Below are positions 47,739 to 59,100 of a DNA stretch of 64,000 nt, in pieces (the stretch's first letter is position 1; the number at the start of each line of letters is the position of its first letter). Both the position numbers and the translations under genes were made by a program. Location: the NCBI GenBank assembly GCA_965219085.1, contig OZ244720.1:576001-640000 (forward strand), written 5' to 3'. The notes beneath the pieces were generated by a model that saw only the letters and a program-made list of their open reading frames with translations, was not told where the DNA came from and searched no databases. Origin of the DNA: Dehalococcoidia bacterium (GTDB lineage Bacteria > Chloroflexota > Dehalococcoidia > UBA2979).

Positions 47739-50700
47739 ATGACAAAGTCCGCCATGAGCTGGCTGACCTCCGGCGCAATACTTCTTGCCCTACTCCTGAC
47801 TGGATGCTCTCTCTTCCAGTCTCCGGATGAGCCAAGCCCCGCGCCCACGAACACTCCGACTGCCACGCCGCCAACCAACATGCCAACACCGGAACCGACG
47901 GTTACTCCATCGCCCGCGCCGACTGCCACGCCAACCGACACGCCGACACCGGAACAAGCGACTACTCCCACGCTGGAACCAACGGCTACTCCAACCACGG
48001 CTCCCACGCATACGCCCACACCGGAACCAGCGGTTACTCCTGCCGCGACTCCCCCGCCCGGCTTCTTCAGGATTCCCCTGGACATCAACTCCCCCTGGCG
48101 GGAGGCATTCGACGCTTTCAACGCTTCCGAGCGGACGTGCCTCCGCGACGAGCTGGGCGAGGAGTTGCTGGCATCCGTGCTGGACCGACCCATCTGGACC
48201 GGAGGTTCGGCGGAGGAGTGGGAGGTGGTGGTGGGCGAGTGTCTGGACCCGGAAACCGCCGTGTCCCTCGCCATCTCATTCAACATAGCAGTCGCGGAAG
48301 CGAGCGCTCCGGAATTGGCTGAGGTGTGGGAAGCCTGCATCTGGCAGTCACTGTCCGGCGCCGATGTGGCCGCACTGGCGGCAAGTCTCATTGCGCAGAT
48401 CGCGCCTGATGCCAGCCCGGCAAGCACGACGCTCGCCGACGAGTTCTTTGACAGGGTGCTGGGATGCGTAGGTGACGTGGCCTCGCCGCCGGAGGTCAGG
48501 CCCAAGCCCGCGCCTGTCCCCACGCAAGATGAGTTCATCTCCGTCAGTGCCGGGGGATGGGGGCACCACACCTGCGGGGTGACGACCGACGGCTCGGTCG
48601 AATGCTGGGGCAATGACGAATGGGGCCAGTCCACGCCGCCGTCCGGGGGGTTCGCCTCCGTCAGCGCCGGTGGAACCCACACCTGCGGGGTGAGGACCGA
48701 CGGCTCGCTCGAATGCTGGGGCTATGACGGATATGGCGAGTCCACGCCGCCGTCCGGGGAGTTCGCTTCCGTCAGCGCCGGGGGATACCACACGTGCGGG
48801 GTGAGGACCGACGGCTCGCTCGAATGCTGGGGTGATGACGGAAGTGGCCGGGCCACGCCGCCGACCGGCGAGTTCGCCTCCGTCAGCGCCGGGGAATCCC
48901 ACACCTGCGGGGTGAGGAGCGACGGCTCGGTCGACTGCTGGGGCTATGACGAGTGGGGCCAGTCCACGCCGCCGTCCGGGGGGTTCGCCTCCGTCAGCGC
49001 CGGGGAATCCCACACCTGCGGGGTGAGGAGCGACGGCTCGGTCGACTGCTGGGGCTATGACGAGTGGGGCCAGTCCACGCCGCCGCCCGGGGGGTTCGCC
49101 TCCGTCAGCGCCGGGGGGTTCCACACGTGCGGGGTGAGGACCGACGGCTCGGTCGAATGCTGGGGTGATGACGTCTATGGCCGGGCCACGCCGCCGCCCG
49201 GCGAGTTCGCCTCCGTCAGCGCCGGGACATTCCACACCTGCGGGGTGAGGAGCGACGGCTCGGTCGAATGCTGGGGCAATGACGACTGGGGTCAGTCCAC
49301 GCCGCCGCCCGGGGGGTTCGCCTCCGTCAGCGCCGGGACATTCCACACGTGCGGGGTGAGGACCGGCGGCTCGGTCGAATGTTGGGGCAATGACGAAGAG
49401 GGCCAGTCCACGCCGCCGCCCGGGGAGTTCGCTTCCGTCAGCGTCGGGGCAATCCACACCTGCGGGGTGAGGAGCGACGGCTCGGTCGAATGCTGGGGCA
49501 ATGACGAAGAGGGCCAGTCCACGCCGCCGCCCGGCGAGTTCGCCTCCGTCAGCGCCGGGTTCTACCACACGTGCGGGGTGAGGAGCGACGGCTCGGTCGA
49601 ATGCTGGGGCAATGACGAGTACGGTCAGTCCACGCCGCCGCCCGGCGAGTTCGCCTCCGTCAGCGCCGGGTTCGCCCACACGTGCGGGGTGAGGACCGGC
49701 GGCTCGATCGAATGCTGGGGCAATGACGAAGCGGGCCAGTCCACGCCGCCGCCCGGGGGGTTCGCCTCCGTCAGCGCCGGGGGGTTCCACACGTGCGGGG
49801 TGGGGACCGACGGCTCGGCCGAATGCTGGGGCAATGACGAAGAGGGCCAGTCCACGCCGCCGCCCGGCCGGGGGGTTCGCCTCCGTCAGCACCGGGTTCG
49901 CCCACACGTGCGGGGTGAGGACCGGCGGCTCGATCGAATGCTGGGGCCATGACGAACGGGGTCAGTCCACGCCGCCGCCCGGCGAGTTCGCCTCCGTCAG
50001 CGCCGCGTTCGGCCACACGTGCGGGATGAGGACCGACGGCTCGGTGAAATGCTGGGGCTCTAGCCCTGAAGGCCAGTCCACGCCCCCGCCCGGCCAGTCC
50101 ACGCCGCCCGGGGGGTTCGCCTCCGTCAGCGCCGGGGAACTCCACACCTGCGGGGTGAGGCCCGACGGCTCGGTCGAATGCTGGGGCTTTGACGGGTACG
50201 GTCAGTCCACGCCGCCGTCGGGGGGGTTCGCCTCCGTCAGCGCGGGGGGAGTCCACATGTGCGGGGTGAGGAGCGACGGCTCGGTCGAATGCTGGGGTAG
50301 GGACCGGGACGGTGAGTCCACGCCGCCGACCGGCGAGTTCATCTCCGTCAGCGCCGGGGGGGGAGCCCACACGTGCGGGGTGAGGACCGGCGGCTCGGTC
50401 GAATGTTGGGGCTATGACGAAGGTGGCCAGTCCACACCGCCGTCCGGGGAGTTCGCCTCCGTCAGCGCCGGGGCATACCACACGTGCGGGGTGAGGACCG
50501 ACGGCTCGGTCGAATGCTGGGGCAATGACGGATATGGCCAGTCCACGCCGCCGCCCGGGGGGTTCGCCTCCGTCAGCGCCGGGGGGTACCACACGTGCGG
50601 GGTGAGGAGCCACGGAACGGTGACCTGCTGGGGCGATGACGAATGGGGCCAGTCCACGCCCCCGCCCGGCGAGTTCGCCTCCGTCAGCGCCGGGGGAGAC

Positions 50701-50979
50701 CACACGTGCGGGGTGAGGACCGACGGCTCGCTCGAATGCTGGGGCATGGACTCGTACGGTCAGGCCACGCCGCCGCCCGGCGAGTTCGCCTCCGTCAGCG
50801 CCGGGGGAGCCCACACGTGCGGGGTGAGGAGCGACGGCTCGGTGACCTGCTGGGGCGATGACCAGTTGGGCCAGTCCACGCCCCCGACCGGCCAGTCCAC
50901 GCCCCCGACCGGCCAGTCCACGCCGATGCCCGGGGAGTTCGTCTCCGTCAGCGCCGGGCGAGCCAATTCTGCCGGATGA
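47739..50979 (+). pseudogene. RCC1/BLIP-II-like repeat lipoprotein with a 4-bp frameshift at ~49868
   Basis: GGAGG RBS; lipobox LLLTGC; Pro/Thr stalk; Cys-containing helical domain; 21 repeats of G(E/G)FASVSAGxxHTCGVR(S/T)DGSVECWGxDxxGQSTPPP split over ORFs 47682..49952 and 49723..50979. Confidence 0.85.
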
Positions 50980-51081
50980 GCATGGTCAGGCGTCGCGCGA
51001 CTTCGTCGGCGCTCGCCCCGCAACGGCGTCGCGATCCCGTACGAAGCACCGTGCTCCAACGGTGTCAGACCGGGTCCGGTC

Positions 51082-51537
51082 CTACCTCGGGGGCTCGGCC
51101 CCCAGGAGGTCGTCGAGCACCACGACGGCGAGACCCTCGACGCGGCGGAAGTCGCCGTCGTTGGTCACGAAGAGGGTGCACTCGCTCTGCATGGCTGTCG
51201 CCGCGTGGAGCGCGTCCGGCGTTCGCAGGCCCGCCGCGGCGCGCAGCCGCGCGGCCTCCTCCCAGAGCGGACGCAGGGCCGGGATCAGCCTCACCGCATG
51301 GGCGTCGAACCGATCCCGAAAGAGTGCCTCGATCTCCGCGTCGCCGTCGCGTAGGGGCTTGACGAGCGTCTCCAGGACCACGAGGTCGCTGCTCACGACC
51401 GTGAACCGCCCGCTCTGAGCCGCTCGCCACATGGGGCCAAGCAACTCGTGATAGGGCTCAATGCGCTCCATGCTGTAGATGAAGCCGCTCGCGTCGAGAT
51501 AGACCGGTCCCGTCGGGCGGAAGGGTCAGTTCTTCTA
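51082..51537 (-). pseudogene. vapC: VapC-type PIN toxin with a damaged 5' end
   Basis: VYLDASGFIY lies upstream of the called Met, followed by SDLVVLETLVKP, LRTPDALHAATA and FVTNDGDFRRV. The apparent original start reads ATA and is one base out of frame. Confidence 0.7.
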
Positions 51538-51759
51538 TGCCGCGCGTTCGGCCCCGAAGTAGGACGCCACATCCGCCGCGGTACTGAACAGGCGGTGGCC
51601 CTGCGCCTCGGCGAGGATGTCGACGGCGGAGCGCCGCGGCGGCGGCGCTGCGGGCATTACGACTACGCACACCGACTGCCCAACGGGAAGGTCTTGGTCC
51701 GCCACTTCGTTCTTCCCTCCGGGCAGCACCGTTGTCATCAACTGAACTACCCTGTTCAT
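51535..51759 (-). CDS. Putative antitoxin of the PIN toxin
   Basis: 74 aa, MNRVVQLMTTVLPGGK...RRSAVDILAEAQGHRLFSTAADV, with a GGAGGA RBS, directly upstream of the PIN gene. Confidence 0.65.
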   Translation of the reverse strand: MNRVVQLMTTVLPGGKNEVADQDLPVGQSVCVVVMPAAPPPRRSAVDILAEAQGHRLFSTAADVASYFGAERAA

Positions 51760-51846
51760 GATCATCTCTCCTCCGTGTGACGGGTGGCGTCGCTCGCGTT
51801 TCCGCCAGCGCCGTGGGGCTGCGTCACACGATGATAGCGCCCATCT

Positions 51847-52427
51847 CGGCCGTGCAGCACACACGGCGCGCGTCCTCATCGAGCCCGCCGACGGCGACGG
51901 CGACGCGGCGAACGGCCACCAGGTGGGTCTGGAGGAGGGCGCGGAGATCGTCGTCACCGTGACCTCCCAGGACGGCAGCCGCACCAGGGTCTACCGGGTG
52001 TGGGTGGGGGGCGCGGAGGAAGAGCGGGAGCCCGCGCCGGAGTGCCTGCGCGGCGGCATCGCCGCGGGCTTCACGTCGTCTACGAGGGTGGCGGTGTCGG
52101 GCAGTTGGAGGCCTGCGCGCGGAGCCTGCACGTCAGCGCCCTCTACGTGCTCGACGAGGGCGCGTTCGTCTCCTACATCCTGGGCGCGCCTGAGTTCGTG
52201 AACCGGCCCTTCCACGAGCTGTTCCCGCACGGCCTTCCGCCCCTCACGCCGCTGGTCGCCGCAAGCGACGGGCGGTAGCCCGCCATGCTCCAGGAGCGCC
52301 GCGAGGCCTGCCGTGGCGACGAGGTCGACGAGTGCCTGCTCCTTGGGGTAGAGCTTCTCGCCCGGAGAGCGACGGCATCCGCACGAGCACGTCCTCCGGC
52401 TCGGGGTCGAAGCCGTCTTGCCACGGA
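51847..52427 (+). pseudogene. Orphan duplicate of the 3' end of protease 1 plus its downstream flank (18797-19380)
   Basis: About 580 bp near-identical, with small indels. No 5' gene is attached. Confidence 0.85.
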
Positions 52428-52853
52428 TGCAGCCGTCGGGGTAGGCGAGGAGGGTCTGCAGGTAGGCGGCGAGCCGCCGCCGCCGACTCTTCGAGAGCGC
52501 GTCCGCGAGCGGCGCCCGCAGGGTCTCGAAGACCGCACCCTAGGCCGCGCTGGGGGAAGCCCGTGGCGTCGCGCTCCGTGTCCATCGAGGACAACAGCAC
52601 CCGCTCCTCTGAGCTCAGGGAGACAGCCCCGACGCCTCGTCCGAGAGCCTGAGCTACACCGAGTTGCCGATGAGGCGGAAGAGGGCGGCGGGGGCAAGCG
52701 CGGCCGCTCCCGCACCACCGCACGGTAGTTCCGGCGGCGGCTCGTGCGCCGGTCCTCCTCCGCGTCGTCGTCGTCCCGGCCGACAGTGCGCTCGACGAAA
52801 TCGTAGCGCTCGCCTCTCCGACCGTCCCACCGTCACAGGCAGCGTCCCGGGCG

Positions 52854-55244
52854 TCACTCACCCTCCGCCAAGCGGTAACCGACGCGCGGCTCGGTGAAGA
52901 TGTAGGTGGGGTTGTTCGCGTCGTCCCCCAGCTTGCTGCGAAGGCGCTTCACATAGGCGCGTATCACCTGTGAGTCGGCGGGGTGCCTCGTGGCCCAGAC
53001 CCGTCGCAGCAGCTGATCGTGGGTCACGATCCGACTGCTGCTGACGGAAAGCTCGAAGAGCAGCCGGTACTCGGTCTCGGTCAGCTGCACCGGATTGCCC
53101 GCCATCGTCACGCGTCGTTCGGCGTAGCTAATCGTGAGATCCCCCACCACATAGGACTCGAGCGCCCCGGCCCTCCCGGACGCCGCATTCCTGCGCAGCG
53201 AAGCGCGGATCCTCGCCACGAGTTCGGTGGGCGAGAAGGGCTTGACGATGTAGTCGTCGGCCCCCATCTCGAACGCCCGCGCGATGTCCTGGTCCCTCCC
53301 ACGGGCGGAGAGGAAGACCACGGGCGCATCGGTGACCTGCGGGATGCGCTTCATCAACTCGAACCCGTCGATGCCTGGCAGCACCAGGTCCAGCAGGATG
53401 AGGTGCGGCCGCTCGACTCCAATGAGGCGGTCCACCTCCTCCGGATCGCCCGTGACGATGGGGGTGTAGCCCGCCTCCGAGAGCGTGTTGTGGACGTACC
53501 ACAGGATCTGCGGATCGTCGTCGATCACCAGCACGCGCGCTGCGTCTCCCGCTGCGCGTCCCGAGAGGGCAGAAAGCCAGCCCGGGCCGGGCGCCCAATC
53601 GCTGGCGGCCTCGTCGACCACGGGGGTGGTAAAGGTGAAGCGCATACCGAGTCCCGGTCCGCCGCTCTCGGCCCAGATCCGCCCGCCGTGGGCCTCCACG
53701 ATCCCCTTGCAGACCGCGAGGCCCAGGCCCTCTCCCTGAACCTCCCGCTCCCCGTCCCCCGGGGCGATCCGGGCGAACTTCGAGAACAGCTGGGGCAGGC
53801 GCTCGGGGGCTACGCCTCTGCCCTCGTCCGCGACGGAGATGGCGACGTACATCTCGTCCGCCACCGCGGTCACCCTGATGGCGGGCGAATCGGGCGAGTA
53901 CTTGGAGGCGTTGGAGAAGAGGTTACCCATGACCTGAATGATGCGCTGCCGGTCCGCGAGGATGCGGGGCAGCTCGGGCGGCAGGTCAACCTCGATGCTG
54001 TTGGCGGCCCCGCCGCCCAGGAACGCGGCCTTTGCCGCGTCGACGAGGGCCGCCACGTCGTCAGGCTCGGGAGTGACCGACAACGTTCCCGCATCGATCT
54101 GCGTCACGTCGAGCAGATCCCTGATCAGGCGCCGCATGTGGTCGGCCTGCTCATCGACGATGCTAAAGAACTGGCGCACCTCGGCGGGACCGACCGGAAA
54201 CGAGGAGCCCAGCACGGCGGCGGCGGAGCCCTTGATGGTGGTCAGGGGCGTCAGCAACTCGTGGCTCACCATGCCCAGGAACTCGGCGCGCAGCCGTTCC
54301 ATCTCCTCGAGCGGCGTCATGTCCTGCGCGGTGACGACGAGGGACGCGATCGTCCCGTCTTCGGAGCGGATAGGCGTCGCGTTCACGAGGGTGGTCACCT
54401 CCCGCCCATCCGGGAAGCGGACGACGATCTCCTCGGCGCGCACCGTCTCGCCGCTGATCAACACCCGCTCGATTGAGAGCTCATCGGCCGAGATCTCGCG
54501 CCCGTCCGCGCGCAGAAAGGTCAGTGTGTCAAGGAGCTGCTCCACGGAGGTGCCCGTGAGGCGCAGGTCGCCGGCGATCCGCTTGCTCTCCTGGTTGAGC
54601 GACAGCAGGGCACCCGTCTTCGCGTCGAAGACCAGAACGGCCACGGGCACGGTGTTGACCAGCGCCTCCAGGTTGGTGCGGGCGAGCTGCTCTTCCCGGT
54701 AGGCGCGGGCGTTGGCGATGGCCATCGCCGCCTGTGAGCCGAACAGGACCAGGACCTCCTCGTCCTGCCGTGTGAATTCCCTGCCGCCTTCCTTGTCCGA
54801 TAGATAGAGGTTGCCGATGCGCTCGCCGCGATGACGGAGGGGCGAACCCAGGAAGGTCCCCACCGGCCCCAGCGGCGGGTGGATGTCGGGCAGGCCGGCC
54901 AACTTGGCGTGGCCGGAGAAGTCCACCAGTCTCAGCGGTTCGGGAATCTTGCTCAGGTAGTCGAAGAACTCCAGTCCCCCCGGCAGGTCGACGAACCGCT
55001 GATGCTCCTCCGGCGTCAGACCGGAGGTGATGAAGTCCTCAAGTTGTCCCGCCCCGTCGAGGACGGTGATCCCGCCTATCCTCGCGCTCGTCAGCGAGCG
55101 CGCTCCCTCCACGACCCGCTGCAACACCGTATCAAGGTCGAGGTTTTCGGTGATCTGGACGCTGGCCTCGCTGAACCTGGTGAGGCGATCCGGCAGCGCC
55201 TCGCTCTCGCGTCCCCGGTTGTCAGCTTCGTTCAACGCCCTCAC
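52854..55244 (-). CDS. Hybrid sensor kinase/response regulator: GAF-PAS-HisKA-HATPase-REC-OmpR/PhoB winged helix
   Basis: H-box VSHELLTPLTTIKG; NLFSNASKY, DEGRG, GEGLGLAVCKGIVEAHGG; REC VIDDD, LLDLVLP, DDYIVKPF; wHTH LTETEYRLL...YVKRLRSKLGD...TEPRVGYR. No transmembrane segment is evident. Confidence 0.93.
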   Translation of the reverse strand: MRALNEADNRGRESEALPDRLTRFSEASVQITENLDLDTVLQRVVEGARSLTSARIGGITVLDGAGQLEDFITSGLTPEEHQRFVDLPGGLEFFDYLSKIPEPLRLVDFSGHAKLAGLPDIHPPLGPVGTFLGSPLRHRGERIGNLYLSDKEGGREFTRQDEEVLVLFGSQAAMAIANARAYREEQLARTNLEALVNTVPVAVLVFDAKTGALLSLNQESKRIAGDLRLTGTSVEQLLDTLTFLRADGREISADELSIERVLISGETVRAEEIVVRFPDGREVTTLVNATPIRSEDGTIASLVVTAQDMTPLEEMERLRAEFLGMVSHELLTPLTTIKGSAAAVLGSSFPVGPAEVRQFFSIVDEQADHMRRLIRDLLDVTQIDAGTLSVTPEPDDVAALVDAAKAAFLGGGAANSIEVDLPPELPRILADRQRIIQVMGNLFSNASKYSPDSPAIRVTAVADEMYVAISVADEGRGVAPERLPQLFSKFARIAPGDGEREVQGEGLGLAVCKGIVEAHGGRIWAESGGPGLGMRFTFTTPVVDEAASDWAPGPGWLSALSGRAAGDAARVLVIDDDPQILWYVHNTLSEAGYTPIVTGDPEEVDRLIGVERPHLILLDLVLPGIDGFELMKRIPQVTDAPVVFLSARGRDQDIARAFEMGADDYIVKPFSPTELVARIRASLRRNAASGRAGALESYVVGDLTISYAERRVTMAGNPVQLTETEYRLLFELSVSSSRIVTHDQLLRRVWATRHPADSQVIRAYVKRLRSKLGDDANNPTYIFTEPRVGYRLAEGE

Positions 55245-55322
55245 CTCCGTCCGGCGGCAGCCTGCGGTCCCAGCGACGCCCGGACGCGTGTGGCTGCCTC
55301 TACCACGTCGATCAACCGATAT

Positions 55323-55396
55323 GTTACGACCCGGTCACGGAGAAGGCACCTGATTTCACGACGCACGCACCGACGCTCGTCCGGCTGAGGGAGAAT
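55323..55396 (+). promoter_or_regulatory. Degenerate sixth copy of the activator-box promoter
   Basis: GTTAC 55323, GTCAC 55334, TTCAC 55355, CGCAC 55366 (spacing 11/21/11); CCGACG-15 nt-GAGAAT. Confidence 0.5.
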
Positions 55397-55469
55397 CGAG
55401 CCGGCTCGATTTGGGGACGTCTACTCGTCCGACCGCGCGCTCCTCCCGGTCGCCGGCAGCAGCCAGTAC

Positions 55470-55705
55470 CGCCCGCCACGACCTCGTGAGCGGAGAGTGC
55501 CTCGCGGAGCGCGACTTCGAACTCGACGAGCGCAACGGCGATGGCGCGGCATCTGGTCCGATGGCGGCGCGAGATCGCCGTCATCGTCCCCTCGCACGAC
55601 GCCACCCGCCCGCGCGCCGACCGGGCGCGACCGCGATCGCAGAGCCCTCGCCCCACTGCCTGTTCGGTCATCGCCACAGGCTTCTGCCTCGTCGTCTACG
55701 AAGGC
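55470..55705 (+). pseudogene. Heavily eroded remnant of the shared C-terminal cassette
   Basis: GAGCGCGACTTCGAACTCGACGAGCGCAAC...GGCATCTGGTCCGATGGC and GGCTTCTGCCTCGTCGTCTACGAAGGC match cassette segments. Confidence 0.6.
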
Positions 55706-55716
55706 AATCCGCACTG

Positions 55717-55792
55717 TTCACGGTACTTTCACCCCAAATATTGCCTAGTTCACGCTGCATGCACTGACACCCGGCCCGATGGCAGGAAGAAT
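55717..55792 (+). promoter_or_regulatory. Conserved activator-box promoter, copy 5
   Basis: TTCAC 55717, 55728 and 55749; TGCAC 55760; CTGACA(55764)-17 nt-AAGAAT(55787). Confidence 0.7.
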
Positions 55793-55846
55793 CGAACCGT
55801 GTCCGGCTGCGGAGGCGTAGCGCCGCCCGCGACAGGAGGTTCCTGC

Positions 55847-56134
55847 GTGGCCGATTCCGGCGATTCCGCACGAGCGAGGGTCGACGCCCGCCCGGCCGCC
55901 AGTCCCGCACGCGCGTGCTGGACTGGCGGCCGGGGCGGGGTGCAGGTCGCTGAATTCCTCGTCCGCAACAAGATCGCGCAGAGCCGCGTATCGGCGCTGG
56001 GACTCGCTCCCAACGCCTTCCTCGTGGCGACCGACCCCGGGTTCCCGTCGCTGGACCTGGCGAACGCGCTGGCCGGCCAGGACGGAATGCTGATCTCCAG
56101 CTCCAACTGGCGCAGGGAAGTCGTTCCGAGTTGA
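55847..56134 (+). CDS. Short ORF carrying the C-terminal half of the propeptide/chaperone-like module; may be degenerate
   Basis: AGGAGG then GTG 55847; 95 aa ending FLVRNKIAQSRVSAL...SLDLANALAGQDGMLISSSNWRREVVPS; TTGA overlap with the protease start. Confidence 0.55.
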   Translation: MADSGDSARARVDARPAASPARACWTGGRGGVQVAEFLVRNKIAQSRVSALGLAPNAFLVATDPGFPSLDLANALAGQDGMLISSSNWRREVVPS

Positions 56135-59100
56135 GACCGCTCGCGCTGGTCACCGCCTGCGTCCTCCTTGGCGTCGCCGCCGCGACCGGCCTCGCGCGCG
56201 CGCAGGCGCCGCCGCCCGTCGCCGCCCCGACGATCGACTCGGTCACCCCCGGCGAACGCTCGCTGATCGTGGACTGGACGGCGCCCGCCGGGGTCGACGC
56301 GGCGGACATCCTCGCCTACGACGTGCGCTCGATCGAGAGCGACGCCGCGAACAAGGCCGCCAGCTTCTGGACCGTCCTGGAGGATGCCTGGATCCCGGGC
56401 GCGGGCGACCTGAGCTGGATCATCTTCCCCCTGACCAACGACACACAGTACGACGTGCAGGTGCGCGCGTTCACGGAGGATGGCGAGGGCGACTGGTCGG
56501 ACACCGTCACCGGCACGCCCGTCGCCAACAGCGGCGACCGCACCGGCGCGACGCCTCTGCCGCTGAACTCCACGGCGATCGCAGTCCTCACCGAGGACGA
56601 CCAGGATTTCTTCAAGATCGAGGTCACGGGCGACGACACGGTCGACCTCTGGATCTACACGATCAGCGATCTCGACACCGTGGGCGAGCTGCAGGACTCC
56701 GCCGGCAACATGATCGCACGCAACGACGACGGCCAGCGGCCGGACTCGCCGCAGGACTTCGTGATCAGGGAGCAGGTCGGTGCGGGAACCTACTATGTCA
56801 CGGTCCATGGCTATAGGCCGACGGTCGTGGGGGCGTACGCGGTGGTCCTACGAACGGCCCCCAGCGTCGGCGGCACCATCGACCGGGCGACGACCATCAC
56901 GCTGGGGGATGACGTCCCGGGGCGGATCGACTGGAGCACCAACAACGACTTCTTCCGGATCGATCTGACCAGCGCCGCCGACCTCTGGATCGCCTCCAGC
57001 GGCTACACCGACGTGGTCGGGGAGTTGTGGGATGCCGACAGGGTGCTCATCGCCAGAAACGACGACAGCTATCTTTATCGGAGCGGGCTCAACTTCGCGA
57101 TCTGGCACGAGGTGAAGGCGGGAACCTACTACATCAAGGTGAACGGTTATGCATCGTATGTAGCGAATACTGGGGCGTACACGCTCCACACCGGAACGAT
57201 CCTCCCTCCCGGCGACTCCATCGGCAGCGCACAGCCCATTAGTGGGGTGCTGATCCCAGGGCGGGTGCGCACGGCCACCGACGCGCACTATTACAGCCTC
57301 TTTGTCGGTTCCGACACCCAAGTGTATATCGAGGCCGACGTGGGCCCAAATCCGATGTTCTCTCCCGAGCAGCCCGTGTCGCTCGCGGCGCAGATCCTCG
57401 ACGTGCATGGCAATGAGCTGGACATCTATCAAATCCCCCACAGCGCCTACATCGAGGACGGGCGGTCGTTCATCAGCTTTTCGATCAACGGCAAACTCCC
57501 CGTCGGCACGCACTACCTCAAAATCTGGTCCCCCTCCGGCGGCACCGGACCCTACATGCTGCTGGTCTTTGGCAGTACCGGCTACAACAGGTTCATAAAC
57601 GGCTGCACCGATGCGTCGGCCAGCCTGGACGTCCCGGGCGTGAACGATGCCCTCTACGGATGCCAGTGGCACCTGCACAACGGCGGGCAGTACGAGGGAG
57701 GGGCAGGAGAGGACATCAACGTCGAAGCTGTCTGGACGACCAACATGGGAGCCGGCGTGAACGTCGCCGTGGTCGACGACGGGATTCACTTCGAGCACGA
57801 AGACCTGACGGAGAACGCCGCCCCATCCCGCAACCGGAACTACTCCACTCGCGCCGACATATTCGACCCCTTCGAGCACCATGGGACGAGCACGGCCGGC
57901 CTGATCGCGGCGCGGGACAACAGCATCGGCATGCGCGGCGTCGCGCCCCGGGCCACGATCTACGGATACAACCTGTTCGCGGACTTCACGGACGCCAATA
58001 CGGTGGACGCCGCGTTCCGGATGGCGCAGGGAGGCGAGGCCGGGGACGAGACCACCGACGTCTCCAGCAACAGCTGGGGACCGACGCCCACCGCCGGCCC
58101 GCGGTCCACGTCCGCCAGTTGGGAGATGGCCGTCCAGAACGGCGTCACGAGCGGCGCCAACGGCAAGGGAATCTTCTACGCCTTTGCCGCCGGCAACGGA
58201 CATTACGTGACACACCACGCCAATCTCAACGGGCGCGCGAACTACTACGCCGTCACCGCCGTCTGTGCGGTCAACTACGACGATGTGCGAAGCGGCTACT
58301 CGGAAATGGGCGCCAACCTGTGGGTGTGCGCCCCATCCAATGATGACAATCTGCCCGAGATCGCGACGACCTACGGCGGCCACCTGTACACGGACGAGTT
58401 CGGCGGCACGTCCGCCGCCACTCCCATCGTCTCCGGCGTGGCCGCGCTGCTGCGCACCGCCAATTCCAGTCTGACCTGGCGGGACCTCAAGCTCATCCTC
58501 GCCGCGTCCGCGCGCAAGAACGATGCCGACAACACGGGCTGGGCGCAGGGCGCGCTGGAATACGGCTCCGACAGCGAGCACTACTTCTTCAACCACGAGT
58601 ACGGCTTTGGCGTGGTGGACGCCGGGGCCGCCGTCGCGCTGGCCGCCGACTGGACCAACGTTCCGGCCCTGCGCGAGATCAGCGCGGAATCGGCCGGCAC
58701 GGATCTGCACATTCCCGACGCTCCGAGCGATACAATCCCCGGCACGACGGTCAGCAGCAGCCTGACCATCGGCAACCATGTGGGATTCGTCGAGTTCGTC
58801 GAGATCCACACCACGTTCGACCATGAGTCGTTTCGAGAGCTCGAGGTGGAGTTGGAGTCCCCCTCGGGCGCCAGGTCCACGCTCACCTGGGTATTCGACC
58901 GCATTTATCACCGGCCCGTGGAGGAGACTATCCGCTTCGGTTCGGCCCGGCACCTCGGTGAGAACGCCGCCGGCACGTGGACGCTTCACATCACCGACCA
59001 CCTCGACACGCGGACGGGAACGCTCGAGGGGTGGAGTCTGACCGTCTACGGACATGGACTCTCGCCCGGGCGCCCCGGCATCAGCGCGCTGACGCCGGCC

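Noticed and set aside
48525-50960. 111-bp tandem repeats considered as a CRISPR array
   Set aside because: They are in-frame coding repeats without unique spacers, and no cas genes are present.
47739-52427. Diversity-generating retroelement (variable repeats; the 51847 duplicate as a template repeat)
   Set aside because: There is no reverse transcriptase in the window. Differences between the duplicates include indels and are not adenine-specific.
52430-52850. Possible gene remnant between the orphan duplicate and the kinase
   Set aside because: There are fragments of protein-like sequence in several frames but no identifiable family.
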